In this document: piece by piece, positions 38,301 to 51,500 of the stretch
How the letters are laid out: each line of letters starts with the position of its first letter
Numbering within the stretch: position 1 is the first letter of the stretch
Source of the DNA: Podarcis gaigeae
Taxonomy: Eukaryota
Assembly (NCBI GenBank): GCA_964106915.2
Contig: OZ066926.1
Length of the DNA: 64,000 nucleotides
Strand: one strand, 5' to 3'
Notes under the pieces: model-generated
Database searches by the model: none
Told to the model about the DNA's origin: nothing
The model's input: only the letters and a program-made list of their open reading frames with translations
Made by a program: the position numbers and the translations under genes

Positions 38301-41300
38301 AATGCTGTCCAGGGTTGTAAAGACTGTGGAGAGAATAATTGGGTGCACTCTTCCCACCTTGGATCAAATCTATGCTTCCAGGTGTCATAAGAAAGCTGCA
38401 GAGATAGTGCAGGATAGTGCGCACCCCGGAAATGATCTCTTTCAGCTTCAGCCTTCTGGAATAAGGTACAGGGTTATAAAGACTAGATCTAGCCACCTGA
38501 GAAACAGTTTCTATCCAAATGCAATTTTGGTTTTAAACGCAGTGTAAGGTAGTCTCTATGGGAGTATATTGTATTTAATTATGGGGTATCAGAGTTTTTA
38601 GGGGGTTAACCAGGCTGGGATAGCTGGGATAGCAGGCTTGTTGGTTTTTGAATGTCTGATGTAGATTTTTTCAATTTCGTTGTTCTTTATGGGACAATGA
38701 CAATAAAGATTATCGTATCGTATGAAAAATGATATTATAACAACTGACATTCAGCTGAAAACTGAGAAGTCCAGGCAGTAAAACATACCAGGAGAAATTA
38801 AATGTCACCCTCTGTGACATTTCCTGCTTGCCAGACAGAGCTATCCCTCCCCAACAGCCAAGTACACACACCGCACCCTTTCCGGCTGTTCTGGAGGTTC
38901 TCCTTGACCCTCCAAAGTGCATTTGAGGGAAGTGGTGGGTGAAGGGAGGAAAGCCCAATTGCAGTATCTTGAGCATTTGCACAGGATTCCGTTAGCACAC
39001 TGGGTGTGCTGAATGAAAGCCAAAGCTGTTTCTACAAAATTTAGCTGCGTGGAAAGAACTTCATCTGGCACCAAAGGAGACTATAAAGCAATGGGGAACC
39101 TGCACCGGAAGGCGATTCCCTAACATTACAAAAGTGACTTTTCTGTGGTACTGTATCACCAGCCACTCTGTGCTGCCATTGAGAGGAAGGTGGGATTTAA
39201 CTACGAGGAAATAAGCAATTAAAACCTGCAGACCTTGCTCTGAGCTTGAAGGAGAAGACGTCATCTCAGGAGACTTTAACTCTTCTAAAAGAGAACAGGA
39301 AAGAGGCAGTCAAAGAGGGAATGTGACTGCGATGTCCTTTATCATCCTGCCTCGCAAATTATGGTCCAACCTTCCAATTTTCTTCCAACTAAGCTCACCT
39401 TGTGTCACATGGGCTTCCCAGATGAGTTCATTTGTGCGCTTGTCCATCACACTGAAGTTGAACATGTCTTGCATTTGCTGAGCAAACAGTTCCACATACT
39501 GCTGCATCTTGTCAGCATCCAAATATTGAAACTCCACTTCCTGTGGGGAAGCATAAAACCTCCTTATGTGCAAACAAGGCTTAGCCCAGTTGACCAGTCC
39601 AAGGGAGTCAAATTAAAGCGTGACAAGGGATCCTGGTGGAGTCCCTCTCGTTCTCATACTTCACAGCCATGGCTCTGCCCTAGCAAAGCCTTTCATCATC
39701 TTTGTGTCTCACCTTGGGACAGACTCTGACATCATTTGTCTCCACAAAGAAGTGGCAGCCAATCGTCAGAGGCCTCAGGGTCCAGGGGGGTTTGTCTATT
39801 CTTTGTGAAGGGCATTGTGCTTCGTGCTCATGAACCGCCTAGGAAAGGCAAAGGTCACTTTTGAGATATGCAAGAAAGGTAACAAACTTCTGGAAGACTG
39901 GATCCCTACGCCTTTCTTGGCTTTGTTGCAACATGCAAGGCAGGGATGGGGAAGCTGCAAGCTTCCAGATGTCATTGGATTCCTATCAGCCACAGCCAGT
40001 GTGGGTCAGGAATGATGGGTTTTGTAGTCCAAGAGCATCTGCAGAGACACAGATTCTCCATCTTCAATATAAAGAAAACTAAATCTCATCAGAAACCAAA
40101 ATATGGACAGGCAATTTTCAGACTGCATGGGGAGCAGCTGACATTGCAAAGGCATTTATCTCTCATGTGCCAGCCTCGCACACCAGAAACAATGTTCTTG
40201 CAGAAAGCTTGTAACTACTCAATGAAGCAAGGAGAATTTGCTCATCACTAAATGCATTTACTTTGAAGGTAGCGCCACTGATTTCAGAGAAGGCTGAGTG
40301 TACTTAGAACTATAGAGTAAACATATTTTGTTCGCATAATTGACTAACCATGCTGTCTATGGAACCAAGGAGGGCATTTGGAAAAGAGGTTGCCCAGCGA
40401 GTGAAAAATGCTTATTACAGTGTTGGAAAGATCACTTTTAAAAACCACTACTGGTGGCAACCAAAATAACTCAGTTGAAGAGCAACTGCAAATCTTCTCT
40501 CCAGCAGCAAGTTGATGTTGGCTAGCTGTTTGGTAAATTAGCTCAAGCCCAACAACGGGAGATACAGTTCATGAACCATGTCACACTCTGCTGCATAGTT
40601 TTGCATAGCTACTCTGTCAGGCTTACTATGGTCAGGCAAATGATCCAGGCTGTCTGGAATACCAATCAGAGTTGGAGAATCCCGATTACCTTTCTCAGAG
40701 AAGAGTCATTGGGTAGGAGATACAGGTGGAATTTTGGTGAGCTGAATTGAAGCATTTGATAGAGCAGTGCCACAGTGTGGACCTTTATCTTTCGCTTAAA
40801 CAATGACCATGACGTTCTCAAAATGGCTCCACGGGGAGAGAGGTTTGGGTTTTCCAACACAACATGATACGGCCCCACTCTGTCTGGCTTCTCTAGACTC
40901 ATCCCCCCTTCCACAAAATGTGCAACGTGGACTTGGAAATCACTTTTGCCTGGAAAGCAGCACAAAGGAGAAACAAACAAACGTGTCACAAGTGGGAAAC
41001 TGTGGACCGTCTGTCACCTGGTGTCAGTGAAGTCAACTATTTATTCAAAGAAAGAAGGCAGGCCTAGTGAGCATAGCAACTCCTTCTGGTAGATCTAGCC
41101 CCCATGAGGCAGTTCCCTAAGGCTCCTTTCCCCCTGGGTCCTTCCCAAGCAATCTGAGACTCCATCGCCATATCTGTATTTGCTCTGCTCTCTTCATACC
41201 TCTTTAGTGGCACGGGGTGACATTTTCTGTAGGTAACAGTCATGGTGTAGGCACCAGCTTGTGAAGGCGATTTGGGGGGTGGGGTGAAAACATTGTGATG

Positions 41301-44300
41301 TTGCATACATGAGTATAGCACCTCCCTCCCTAAGCCAGGCAGAAACTTCCTGGGCTTTGGGAAGGGGCACCAGGTCTCTGAAAGGATGCTGAAGCCCTGC
41401 TGCCTTCTTCCCAACGTCAGGCGAGCTTTGAGAAGGGGACGGGAAGGCTCTTGCACCCATCAGAGTAATGTGCCTCTCTCCCTAAGGCAGGCAGGAGCTT
41501 CCTGGGCTTTGAGAAGCAGGTGCCAGGAGAACACTTAGGAAACTAGCCTCTTCCCCCAAGTCCACTGACCACATGCCACTGTCCCTCTTCTGGTTCTGGG
41601 AGACCAGTGGGGAAGGGAGCTTGTCGCAGCAGGAAGGAGAGACTCCCCAGGCTTCTTCAGCAGCCTGCCTCACATCTGTCTCCTGGCCCACCTCCTCTCC
41701 AGCCTCCACTTCTGCCTCCGATTCTGGACTGCTCTCGGCCACAGCCTCTCCCTGCTCAGTAAAGTACCGTATTTTTCGCTTCATAAGACACACTTTTTTC
41801 CTCCTAAAAAGTAAGTGGAAATGTCTGTGTGTCTTATGGAGCGAATGCCTACGGATGGTGGGGGGATCCTGCTGCAGTCACGAGCTGAGCCGGGGAGGAG
41901 GGAGAGAAGGAGAGCCCGCTCACTTTAAAGGAGCAAAGTGGGAGAGGAAAGGAGCTGCTTACATGAGTGTAAGCGGCTCCTGTCCAGTTGGCTGCTTTAA
42001 AGCGAGCGTGCTCTCTTTCCCTCCTTCCTCCCCGGCTCACCTCACTGAAAGGTTCCTTCTCCACACACCCCACGCATGCTCCTTGTCCCTTCAGTGTTTT
42101 TCCTTCCCGCCCCACTTAAAACGTGGCTACAAAGCACGGATCCACATGGACCCTCAGGGTTTTTGCATTGGGTCACCCCAAATTCACCATCAGATCAGAT
42201 CACATAGTATGTCCATGGCTACAGCCTGCACCAAAAAAAATCACACACTCACTGTTGCCAGGGGCACAAAAACGTGGTTACAAAGCACTGATCCACATGG
42301 ATTCTCAGGATTTTTGCATTGGACTACCCCAAACTCAACGTCAAATCATATGTCTGCGGCCACAGCATGAACCACAAAAATCATACATCCACTGTTTCAT
42401 TCAGAATATTTTTTCTTCTTCTTTTCCTTCTCTAAAAACTAGGTGCGTCTTATGGTCCGGTGCGTCTTATGGAGCGAAAAATACGGTGCCTCAGTTTTTT
42501 AACGTCCCTGTTGACAAACATTTTGGTTTTCGAACTGCATAAACCCAAGTAAATGCTTCGGTTTTTGAATACGCCTTCAAAGTCAAACAGGAAACGCAGC
42601 TTCCACTGAGTGCAAGTTATTTGTTTCCCTATCTGCAAAGAGTACCTCAGTTTTTGAATGTTTCAGAACTCAAATGGTCTTCCGGAACAGATTACGTTCA
42701 AAAAGTGAGGTACTGCTGTATTTATTTTGTTGCAAGCTTTTTTACCTGCCATACCTGCGAGACACAAGAAATGAGGGAAGTGAACAGCTGCCACAGCCTC
42801 TGCTGGATCTGCTTCAATGTTGATCAAAGGCCCAGCGACAACCCAGTCCTCCATGTTCTGTTCGGCCAGGTGCTTGGACCATGAATCCAAGTGGTAGGTG
42901 ATGGTCACAGCTTCTTTCACCTCAAATATGACATCAGTATAAAAGCAAAGGAAGGATCCAGCCTCCGTGAAGCATAGTCTGAATGGCACAAAGGGAAAAT
43001 GGAAAGAGAAGTGGATTGAACACCAGCCGGACACCCTCTGCATCTTCCTGATGGGAAGAAATCCCCACTCCAAACCTGCCCCCCCCAAAAAAAAACTTCC
43101 AGGGAGGAAGACGAGGAAGACAGTATGGGGGGGGGTCTTTGCTCTCCTACTTTTAAGGCTTGCCAGGTTCTGGAAGATGGAGGGTCTGGAATGCTTTCTA
43201 ATGATAACGTGTTAGCTGTGCGTTGCTCTGGCTGTCCCATGATTTCCCAACTTTTCCTCTCATCTGCCTCTGAGCTGTGACCTCCCTCAAACCGCTGTTC
43301 TAAATCTATACTGTCTTCCTCTTCTTTCTCCCTGGATGGTTCGGGGGGGGGGGGAGACGGTCTCCGCCACTCCTCCTCTGCCCAGTCCCTGACACAGATG
43401 TAGTTTGGGAACGTTTTAGAGAGCACCACCACATGTGATGATTGTGAAACCTTCATGTACCAAATGTGCTCTGCTGAACACTTCTCTGAAACCTAAAAAG
43501 AAAATCAACTTTCCCTTAAAGGAGAAAGCTCTGCAAGATCTGAGAGAGACTTTGCTCACCTGTATCTTTCATGACTTGTTTCTGAGTCCAAAAACACCTC
43601 TGGTCTGATTGTTTCTGGAAGATCCTGTTACAAAATAATTTATCATTAATATGAGCGCCAGACCCCTTTTCCACCTGAAAGCAGGACATTTCTGTCTGTT
43701 TCTAACACCCATATGACCACACCAAGGAGCACTGCTTGAGGTCAAACCCACAAATCCAAATATAGCTACTTTGTTCTGCATTCATTTTGGCCATAGTAGT
43801 TCTCACTCAGGTCTTACAGTTTCTTATGAAAGGTTTTTTCTTTCACCTCAGCAGTATTCCCCCTGTTCCTTACAGAGAGCCCCTGCACAGGTTTCTCCCA
43901 ATTTACATTTAAGGATCTTTTTCTTTCTGTTTCATTTTTTAAAAAAATTAAAAATTATTGAGTTTATTTACAACATACACACACACTTGTCAAACTGGGC
44001 ATGAAAATAATAATACAGGTACAGAATCAAAAGAGAAACAAATAACAAATAGAAACAACAAAACAAAACAACACAAAACAAAACAAAAAAGTACAAATAA
44101 AACATGCTAACGTATGAAAACTTATACAAAACAAATAGTCATACACACACCGTATTTCAGTTCTTTTTTTCTTCCAATTGACTTCCTTCATCCTCAACAC
44201 GGTTCTTTTATTGTTTTTGGTAAACCATCTCCTTTTTAGTTCATTATTACCCCTTTTTCTTTCTGTTTTTAACTTAAGTGCCATAAACTATTTTGCAGAA

Positions 44301-47300
44301 GTTAATCGAAACAAGTCAAAGTATTAATTTGAATGCACTGCTTTTTAATATATTCTCTGTATTTTACTCATTCTTTTTGGAATTTTTGCTTGGGTTGGTT
44401 TGACTCCTAATTGCCTCTGTCAATCTGGCCAATTCAATATAATCAAATAATTTGTCTTGCCATTCTTTTTTTGTTGGGATTATTTCTTTTTTCCAATTTT
44501 TGGCAATTAGTGTTCTTGCCACTCCCGTGGCATAAAAGAATATTTTATTATTTTCTCTGGCAATATCTGTGTCTAGTTTCCCCAATAAAAACGCGCCTGT
44601 TTTCTTAACAAAGTTTTGTTTAAACCGTGATATCTCAGAAGCCTTTGATTTTATCAAGTTCAACACATATGTATAACACATATGTATTTGTTACACCGCC
44701 AACACAGATTTGATTTTGTTTTATACATTTTACATATTTTTAAAAAGGCAAAGGACCTCTTACAGTTAAGTCCAGTTGCAAACTGGGGTTGCGGCGCTCA
44801 TCTCACTTTACTGGCTGAGGGAACCGACATTTGTCCACAGACAGTTTTTCAGGCTCATGTGGCCAGCATGACTAAGCCGCTTCTGGCGAAACTAGAGCAG
44901 CACATGGAAATGCCATTTAACTTCCTGCTGGAACTAGCACCTTGACATGCTTTCAAACTGCTGGGTTGGCAGGAGCTGGGACTAAGCAACGGGAGCTCAC
45001 CCTGTCGTGGGGACTTGAACCGCCGACCTTCTGATCTAGGCTCAGTGGTTTAGACCACAGTGCCACCCGTGTCCCTTTTACATATTTTGGTTGGTGTTAA
45101 ATACCATCTGTAAAACGTTTTTATTAAATTTTCCTTTATCGCTCCACAAGCCATAAATTTCCAACTCTCTTTCCATAATTTTCCCCATGATGATAATTCG
45201 ATAGTTTTACCTATATCTATAGCCCATCTAATCATTACCTGTTCGTCCTTCTCCTCCCACTCCAGTAGCGTTTCATAAATTTTAGAAGTTACCTTGGTCT
45301 TATTTTGTAATAATTCTTTATCTAGTAATGAGATTTCCTTTCAAAAGCCTCTTTTCTTGTCTGCCTTGAACACTTCATTTAGTTGGTGATACTGAATCCA
45401 CCCTGTTAGATCCACCTTATTTCCTTGTAACCTTTAATATCAGCTTATTTCCCCCCCTTTTAATAAATCCTTTTATGTAGCCCAATTTAGTTCCTTGTTT
45501 TTCTTTTTTACCGTTATCGCTTGTAAGGGTGAAATCCACCAGGGTGTCTTTGGTTTTAGTAGCTCTTTGTATTTTGCCCATACTCTGTATATCGATTTTC
45601 TTATGATATGATTGGTAAATCCCCTGTGAACTTTCACCTTTTCGTATCCTAGATACACATGCCACCCATAATTTGAAACAGCCCTTCCCTCCAATGATTG
45701 GTATAATTTGAAATAAAAACATCATTTTAAGCAACACGTTCATTTTTACTACTGATATCCTGCCACAGAGTGATAGTCTTAACTTATTCCAGATCTCCAG
45801 ATCTCTTAATTTCTTTCCAAATTTTTGTATCATTATCCTTAAATAGGTTACTATTTTTGTTTGTTAGCCATATTCCCAAGTACTATTGTTTACTATTGCC
45901 AAACCTGATATCTTCTGTAATTCTTTTTTTTCCTGCACAGGTTTCTCCCTATTAACATTTAGGGATCTTCCTCTTTCTGTTTCACTTTAGACAGATCACA
46001 CTAACACACACTGCCCACATGAGTATCCTGAGATCCCTCTCGGCAGCCATTCTCCCTCCTCTCATGCAGAAAGAGAAGCAGAAAGACAGTTGAAAAAGAC
46101 AGTTACTGGAATAACAGTTGGAAGAGAATGGAATGCCTCTCTCATGTGACCCACAGCGAAAGGAACGCGTGCGCCCCTTAAAGTACACAGTCATTTAACA
46201 TAAGAAAACATCTCCATTCCAGGAAATGGGAATGCACTGCCACAGAATAGGTCTTCAAAGAGGCTCTAGTCTGTGTTCAGACGGACTCATTCTGTCAAGT
46301 TCGTTGTAGTCACCCTCTCTCATGTTTAATCATTACCAGCTCCCTAGAGAAGCAGGCGGCTGGTTTGGCTCCAGTTCCTGAGCAGGGACACTCAGAAGTA
46401 ATCTGTCTGGCTGTGTCTTGCAATTTAGAATGAAATGTCTCAACAACAGCTATACACAACAGCCACCACCAGAACCTTAATTGCAATAAACTGGAAAGGG
46501 GCAAGGGTTCCAACGAGAATGGAATGACAGAATAAATTACTAGAATATGAATAAATGGCACAATTGACTTGAGAGGTAATACAAAACAATCATTTGTTCA
46601 AAAATGGGACATGTTTAAGATTTATTAACAAAAATATAACAGCGGTGTGACACCTATGGCTGCATTTGAGTGACCCTTGTGTAAAATAATAACAAAGAAA
46701 TAAGAGAAATTGGTACAATATGTTGTAAGAATGTATTAGAAAATATAAATAGATGAAAGTAATAAGTACACTCAATATTAGAAATGTTAAATGCACTGGG
46801 AGTTGACGGGAAGTCTATTACACTTTAGTAAGAATGTTGAACTAAAGAGATTGTATAAGATCAAATCTTTTTTATCTGTATATTTACATAAGATTACTTA
46901 CATAAGATCGTTTTTTGTTTGTTTTTTGTTATTTATGAAACTCAATAAAGCATTGAATTGGAAAAAAATAAAAATAAAAAATACTTTTTTTCACCCCAAG
47001 TGCTCAGAAAAATCTGTCAAAATCTTTCTACAATTTCTACTTTTAGTTAAGTATTTTTATTCATTTACTTGATTGGGTGGAGACAGCTGCCCCACCCCCA
47101 CCCCCCCACCCCCCCCCGTCTGGGCCCATCTGTTCAGCCATTTACCTCACAGGGACACAGATTACACACAACACTTTCCCCACAAACTGCTGGGTTTTCC
47201 ATCTTGCTGCTTCTTCCTTCCTCTGCAAATAGGGGAGATTCTGACTTCAGCCCTGAGGGGCCTGTCGCCTTGAACAATTTTTTACCCGAGCCTGTAAAAG

Positions 47301-48497
47301 ACAATTCTTTACCTGACACGACTGTTGCAAGGAGGAGGAAGGCAGTTGAACTGTCCTTGAAATTCAGAAAGTACTCTAAGTCAAACTCACCATGTACTGC
47401 AACTAGCAGAATCTGAATGGAGCCTGGATATTTCCTTTCTACTTGTTCCAGGAACCAGCAACAAGTTGCCTCCCCCCTTTCCTGGATCATATTCAGCAAT
47501 TTTTGACATTCCTCCTTGAAGTCTTTCTTTGCTTTCCACAAGTCCCTGTATTCTTTTTGTGTGATAATAAAGCCATAGTATAATTCATGTAAAAAGAATT
47601 CTAGGTCCTTTTCAATAATTTCAAGTAATTCTTTTCTTCCCTTGCAGACTATTTCATCACCAGTGATAATGACTCCTTCCAGTGACCTGTGGCAAAAACA
47701 TTTATTTTATATTAGGCATTGTTGTGGGCAGAGAATTAGAGCTTGATTAGGATACAAGCTGGGGCTTAATTTTTCCACACCTAGTATACTGCCTTCACTG
47801 ATCCTCTGAGCATGCTAAGCTCTGCTTTTCCTTTGCAACCTGGAAAATATGTTGATTTGCTCCACACTGAAAAGAAATCATGATGTAATTTGCCACCCCT
47901 TTTTTAATGGCCAAGAATATACACAGTTTTCGTGATACATTTTGCACTCCTCTCTAGGTTTCATCCAAGGCAGGCACCCCTGCTGACTTTGTTATTATAT
48001 GTTCTACATGCAGACACAGCCAGGCTGCCCATGAAGAGGGGAGGGAAAGCTGTCGGGGGGGGGGGGAGGCATACCTGGACCCTCCTAAGAGGGGTGTCAT
48101 ATCTGCCTGCCACTGCCTCTGTGACCAGCTCTTCCACAGACCCTCTTGCTGCCTCTCCTTCTCCATCGACCGCTAACTCACCACTTCCTCCTCCTCCTCA
48201 ACAACAACTGCACATCTGCCCTTCCTTGCAGGTCTCTATTTTGAAAATGGAAGTGTTACAACTTCATCCACACCCCTAAGGAACAAGGAAGGCAAAGTTG
48301 TAATAGAGTGATTTTCAAAATGGAGACCGGAAAGGAAGTTGTGTGGCAGGTGGTGGGTGGGGGTGAAGCTGCGCTGGTGGCCTGAATCTGCAGCAGGGAC
48401 TCAAACCAGTCAGCTGCCTCTCTTGTCCATACTCTTCCATCTTCCTGAGAAAGGAAGATGTAGCAGCTGTGCCTCCCCCTCTCCCCTCTGGGCTAGG

Positions 48498-48531
<34 letters not shown>

Positions 48532-51500
48532 GCTGATTGGTCTTGGCTGTCAGGTCCAGCTCTGCCTCCTCTTTCAGGTAAGGCAGCCTCCTTTCCACCA
48601 GTAGAAGGCAAAAGCCACTTCTTGGGGCGGGGGGAGATGACAAACAGGCAACTCAAGGTTCGATTTTAGGTTTTTCTAAAGGTGAAAGAGGGAAAACCTT
48701 TTTCCCCAGGGCAGCTATAAATAATGGATTTTAGAAATATACTGGCAGGATAATGGGGCAGTCTTTCTAGCAGAAAGAAAATTTGGCTTGCTTATCTACC
48801 AAGTTAATAAGAGGCTTCAAAGCGACTCATTAGCTTGACTGTCCATCTTCCAGAGCCCACCACCCACAGATCTGGATTCTGTATACATTTAGGTGTTGAA
48901 TTTGAAAAGGGGGGGTAGTGTCTGCATGTATGTACATAACATGCATTGTGGAAAAAGATTGCCACCTCTGGTTAAAGACCCCTCTTAACTGCATGAGATT
49001 TCCCATTTCTTTTTCCTCCTCCATGAGAGGAGCAGAAGCTGATCTAGGAAGGATGCTTCTAAACCAGAGTCCTCTCTCGCCTCAGCTCCCTCCTTCAGTC
49101 ACAATGGCTGCTGCATCTTTGGTGGCTCTCAGATTTCCTTTTCCATCACAACTTGGCTCAGACCCCTGACCCAGCACTGCCCCACCCACAGCCGGGCAAG
49201 GGTCTTCCTGGCCACTGATGCTGCTCCTGCCACTGCTTATCACTGGTTCGGCTGCTGAGAAGGAAGGCAAGAGGGAAAGAAAGGAGACAAGTGTTTTCCG
49301 TGCGTGTGGGTGTGTGCATAAAGAGAAAGAGAGAGAGAGCCCCTTAGCAAACTACAATTCCAGGGGGAGAACCAATTTGATTTGCCTCAGGCGCCGAAAT
49401 GTCTGGGGCCAGCCCTGCATGCAAACCATGCTGCACAATAATAAGCAGAAGCTTGAAGTCATAGAAATGGCCGAGACGTTGCCCTCTGGACTCACACACA
49501 AGCCTTTCTCCAAGGCTGCTTCTCCCGTTCCCCCATCCATCAGGTTCCTGAGGACCACTGAACTACTTCTGTCTCTTTACTAGTACACCAACATCGCCTA
49601 GCAACCCCGTGCCTAGGAAGTGATACTTATCACTAAATCCCTTAGCACTGTCCATTCCAGTGACACATTTGCCCATCCTTTTTCCTGGATGAAGCTCCCT
49701 CCCAAGCTAAGATCTGATTCTCACACCATCCAATCAATGCTCTTCCCCTGTAAGCTGCAAGTAGAATTGCAATGGGACTTACCACACATTTTTCTTTCGT
49801 ACATTCCTCTGCATATAAGGGGGCATGACACTGTCAACTGTGGAAAGGTAAGGGAGAGGTCAAAACTGGCTGTTTTATCCCTGCCCCCAGCAGTCTTTTG
49901 CTATATTTAATTAGCACCGGTGCATTTCTTGCTGGGTAAGCACTTTTTCCTTTAACCATTGATGTTTGTGTGACACTAGCCCTTTGGAATTCCAGTGGAT
50001 ATCATACTGTAAAATGTATATGAGAGAAAGAGTAGGGGCGAATGGTCAGTTGACACTTAACAGCTCTAGTCCTGACAACAAATGGAGTAGAACAAGGGTG
50101 CTTATTGGCACCCCTACTGTTTAACATTTATGTAAATGATGTAATAACTAGAACTAAAACAACCAGAATTTTTTCCTGTTACACTTTTATCCCATAAGGT
50201 ATCCATCTTGCTATATGCCAGCAATATGGTGCTATGAGAACAAACACGTGGGTATGAGGAGATTACTAAAGAACTTTAGTAGTTTGTCCTAACAAAGGTT
50301 TGAATATAAATTATTCCAAGACAAAAGCTGTAGTATTTGAGGCACAGCCTGTGAAGCATAAATGGTTCCTAAATGAACAAATAATTGAACAAGTGAGACA
50401 TTTCAATTATTTGGAGATTTGTTCTCCGATAAAAGTACTTGGTACCATATAGCAGCACTTAGGCCTTGAAGACATCAAGATCTGCACAAGCAATTCTTAA
50501 TTTTACCAGAAGCAAAGTCGGCACTGAGAACAAATAATGGTTTAGGTGCTCCCACAGTTAACGTATTGGGGAGAAATTAATTTCTAATAACACTACTCGG
50601 TTTATCCCCCCCCAACTCCAGCAGCTAGTATTAGAGCAGAAACAGGAACTATGCCAGTACAGTGTCAAATTCCTATGGTCTTATTTAGGTATTATTTTAA
50701 GCTCTGTAATATGGAAGACTTTTTGTGGAGCAACAAAAATTACAACAGATTTATTGGGAGAGATGTGTGGCTCGGGCACGCTGCAGGCTGATTTGAAGGA
50801 AGGTTAACCGAAAGTTTATTGTGGGGTGGAAACCCAGTTCCTGATTTATAATAATCATCTGACATCATCCTGTAATAATGGGCATGCAGCATGTTCAGCA
50901 GACAGCCATTTGGAGACTGTGCTGTAGTGGCAGAATTGAACAGAAAATCGTGGGAACCTGCTTATACCATCATAAAGCATGGAAATTCCTCCTCCTCTTC
51001 CTAGAGGAAGCTATTTGCAGGACATTCTGCAGGCAGCACCTCCAGCTGGATGACCAGGGAAGAGCCATGGCTCAGTAACAGAACACCTGCTTTGACTGCA
51101 GAAGGTCCCAGGTTCAATCCCTGGGGTCTCCAGGTAGTGCTGCAAAAGACTCCTGCCTGAAACCCGGGAGGGCCACAGTCAGGCAAGATTAGCAATCCTG
51201 AGCTAGATGGACTATGAGGCCCATTTGGGACCTTCCTCTGTTCCTGGCCTGCAAACCTTTGAACTTACAGGCCTGATTTAATTTTTTTTGCAGGGCTCAA
51301 GCAGGAAAGAAAAAAGGACTTGCCCTTCTACAAAGGGACAAGCTCTACCCGAGTCCAAAAAACGGCCTGCCATTGTACTTAAGGCTGATTCTTTGCCACT
51401 CTGTGTGTCCTAAGGGCGCTGAAGGTGTTTGTAATATTTTAAGCAATAGCAACCAGACTGTTGAAACATACCAAATTGTTCCATATGCGCTAAATGCCTG

